Below are positions 62,698-64,000 of a stretch of 64,000 nt of DNA, piece after piece. The DNA lies in contig NC_068986.1 in the NCBI RefSeq assembly GCF_001194135.2, forward strand, positions 72,142,030-72,206,029. Reading direction: 5' to 3'. Numbering within the stretch: the first letter of the stretch is position 1; each line of letters begins with the position of its first letter. The notes under the pieces are model-generated. The model was not told the origin of the DNA. It worked only from the letters and a program-made list of their open reading frames with translations, and did no database searches. A program made the position numbers and the translations under genes. Origin of the DNA: Octopus bimaculoides. Taxonomy: Eukaryota.

Positions 62698-63520
62698 TAC
62701 AAGGGTCAGCTGAAAAGTTCATTGGCTGACAAAGATACTCTCATGGAATGTGACCAAATAAGGTTTAGTTTGCAACATAGTCCCCCCTTGCAATCCACAC
62801 ACTTCTTCCATCAGTGTTGCAGTGCTTGAATCTGTTTGGTAAAGAAGCTTTCATCTCGGTCAAAAAAGCTATCACCAGCAGATATAACATCATCATCATT
62901 GCAATGTTGATTCCCAGTCAAGTGTTTTTTCATGCTGAGAAACAGATGACCGTCAGACAGGGCCAAATCAGGAGAACAAGGAGGATGATCAACTAGTTCA
63001 AAACCGCAGTCATGCACAGCAGCCACTGAAACTAAGGACTTGTATACTGGAGCACTGACCTGATGAAACAAGACCACCTTTGTCAGTTTTCCAGAGCACT
63101 TGGTCTTGATAGCCTTTTGTAACTGCCTCAGCAAGTTAGTACTCTCCATTGATGGTGTGGCCCTTTTGAAGATAGTCAACGAAGACAATGCCTTTTTCAT
63201 CCCGAAAAACTAAGGCTGTCACATTCTCTGCAGATGAAACAACCTTGGTCTTCTCAGGAACAGGTGAGGAGTGGTGTTTCCACTGTATGGATTGCCTCTT
63301 TGTCTCTGGCTCAAAATGAGGGACACAACACTCATTCTGGCTTAGAAAGCATTCAAGGAAACTAACTGGATCTGCCTCAAACAATGTCATATTTTCCTGT
63401 GGTGTGATCAGCTTGGTGTGCTTTTGATCAGATGTCAGAAGATGTGGTACCCACCAAGCAGAAATTCTCATCATGTCAAGTTCATTGTGCAGAATATCCT
63501 GATGTTAACTGATTGGAAGT
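62698..63520 (-). mobile_element. 5'-truncated mariner transposase relic with 3' TIR
   Basis: WWVPHLLT (WVPHEL motif), HFEPETKRQS.QW, YLQKGHTINGEYY, HPPCSPDLALSD.HLF, and the TIR TA CAAGGGTCAGCTGAAAAGTTC at 62698. Catalytic motifs are degenerate. It lies 75 bp upstream of a TM2D2 acceptor. Confidence 0.9.
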
Positions 63521-63689
63521 GTTATCATATACATGTTTTGTCTTGATGTAAAAGATGGGCTACAGCAAATATTCTGCTCAATACCACTTATTTGCTGTCC
63601 CTCAGTGGCTGACTATGTGCATCTCTGATCATGAGCAGGAGTAGGGGGTGGAGTATGACAGCCATATGTTAAGAGGCTTTGATTGGCCA

Positions 63690-63790
63690 GGAGCTATCGT
63701 AGAAGGCACTTGCTCAAGGTGCCACACAGTGGGACTGAACCCAGAACCATATGGTTGGGAAGGAAACTTACCACACAGCCAAGCCTGCAT
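63690..63790 (-). mobile_element. SINE family A, 5' fragment
   Basis: cacttgctcaaggtgccacacagtgggactgaacccagaaccatatggttgggaagg. Confidence 0.72.
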
Positions 63791-64000
63791 CTGAAATACA
63801 GTTAGGTCCTAATTTTAAGCCTTATTCTCCTCTCCAATATTTAGTACATTCCCTATAAAATCAATTATTTCACAAAATATTTCATAACATTCTTCTCAAT
63901 TCATTCATCAGTTCTAAATAAAGACTAAAGTGTGATTTTGATTTTATTTTTTAATTCATGATGTCATTAAAGATCATGAGTGCTCTTAATGAAAAGCAAC

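Noticed and set aside
62624-64000. Next upstream TM2D2 exon
   Set aside because: The region is occupied by a mariner and a SINE; no TM2D2-like peptide was found, so the exon lies outside the window.

Overview
This is eukaryotic, AT-rich, microsatellite-dense genomic DNA from a gapped short-read scaffold. The SINE families and repeat landscape suggest a cephalopod, probably Octopus (inference, no database search). I found one host gene: the last three coding exons of a TM2 domain-containing protein 2 (TM2D2) orthologue on the minus strand (62623-62508, 58106-58018, 24070-23946). The exons join through GT-AG introns of 4.4 kb and 33.9 kb with matching phases, and the ORF track misses the gene entirely. 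The upstream exon(s) lie beyond the window. Almost everything else is transposon debris: a Buster-type hAT with TIRs and an 8-bp TSD nested in a foldback MITE, an Ac/ZBED1-like hAT, a hAT MITE, a TTAA piggyBac deletion derivative, several mariners, R4/Dong-like, HERO-like and CRE-like REL LINE relics, RTE LINE relics, Penelope-like RT and GIY-YIG fragments with hammerhead-like motifs, a Helitron helicase scrap, and many copies of three tRNA-derived SINE families. Most long ORFs in the supplied track are microsatellite or N-gap artefacts. I found no evidence for a wholly new multi-gene system. The best leads are an apparently young RTE with tandem C2H2 fingers, a hammerhead-like RNA beside Penelope sequence, a composite hAT, modular SINE tails and inverted SINE pairs in the TM2D2 pre-mRNA. 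Coordinates of degenerate repeats are approximate; exon, TIR and TSD coordinates were counted by hand.
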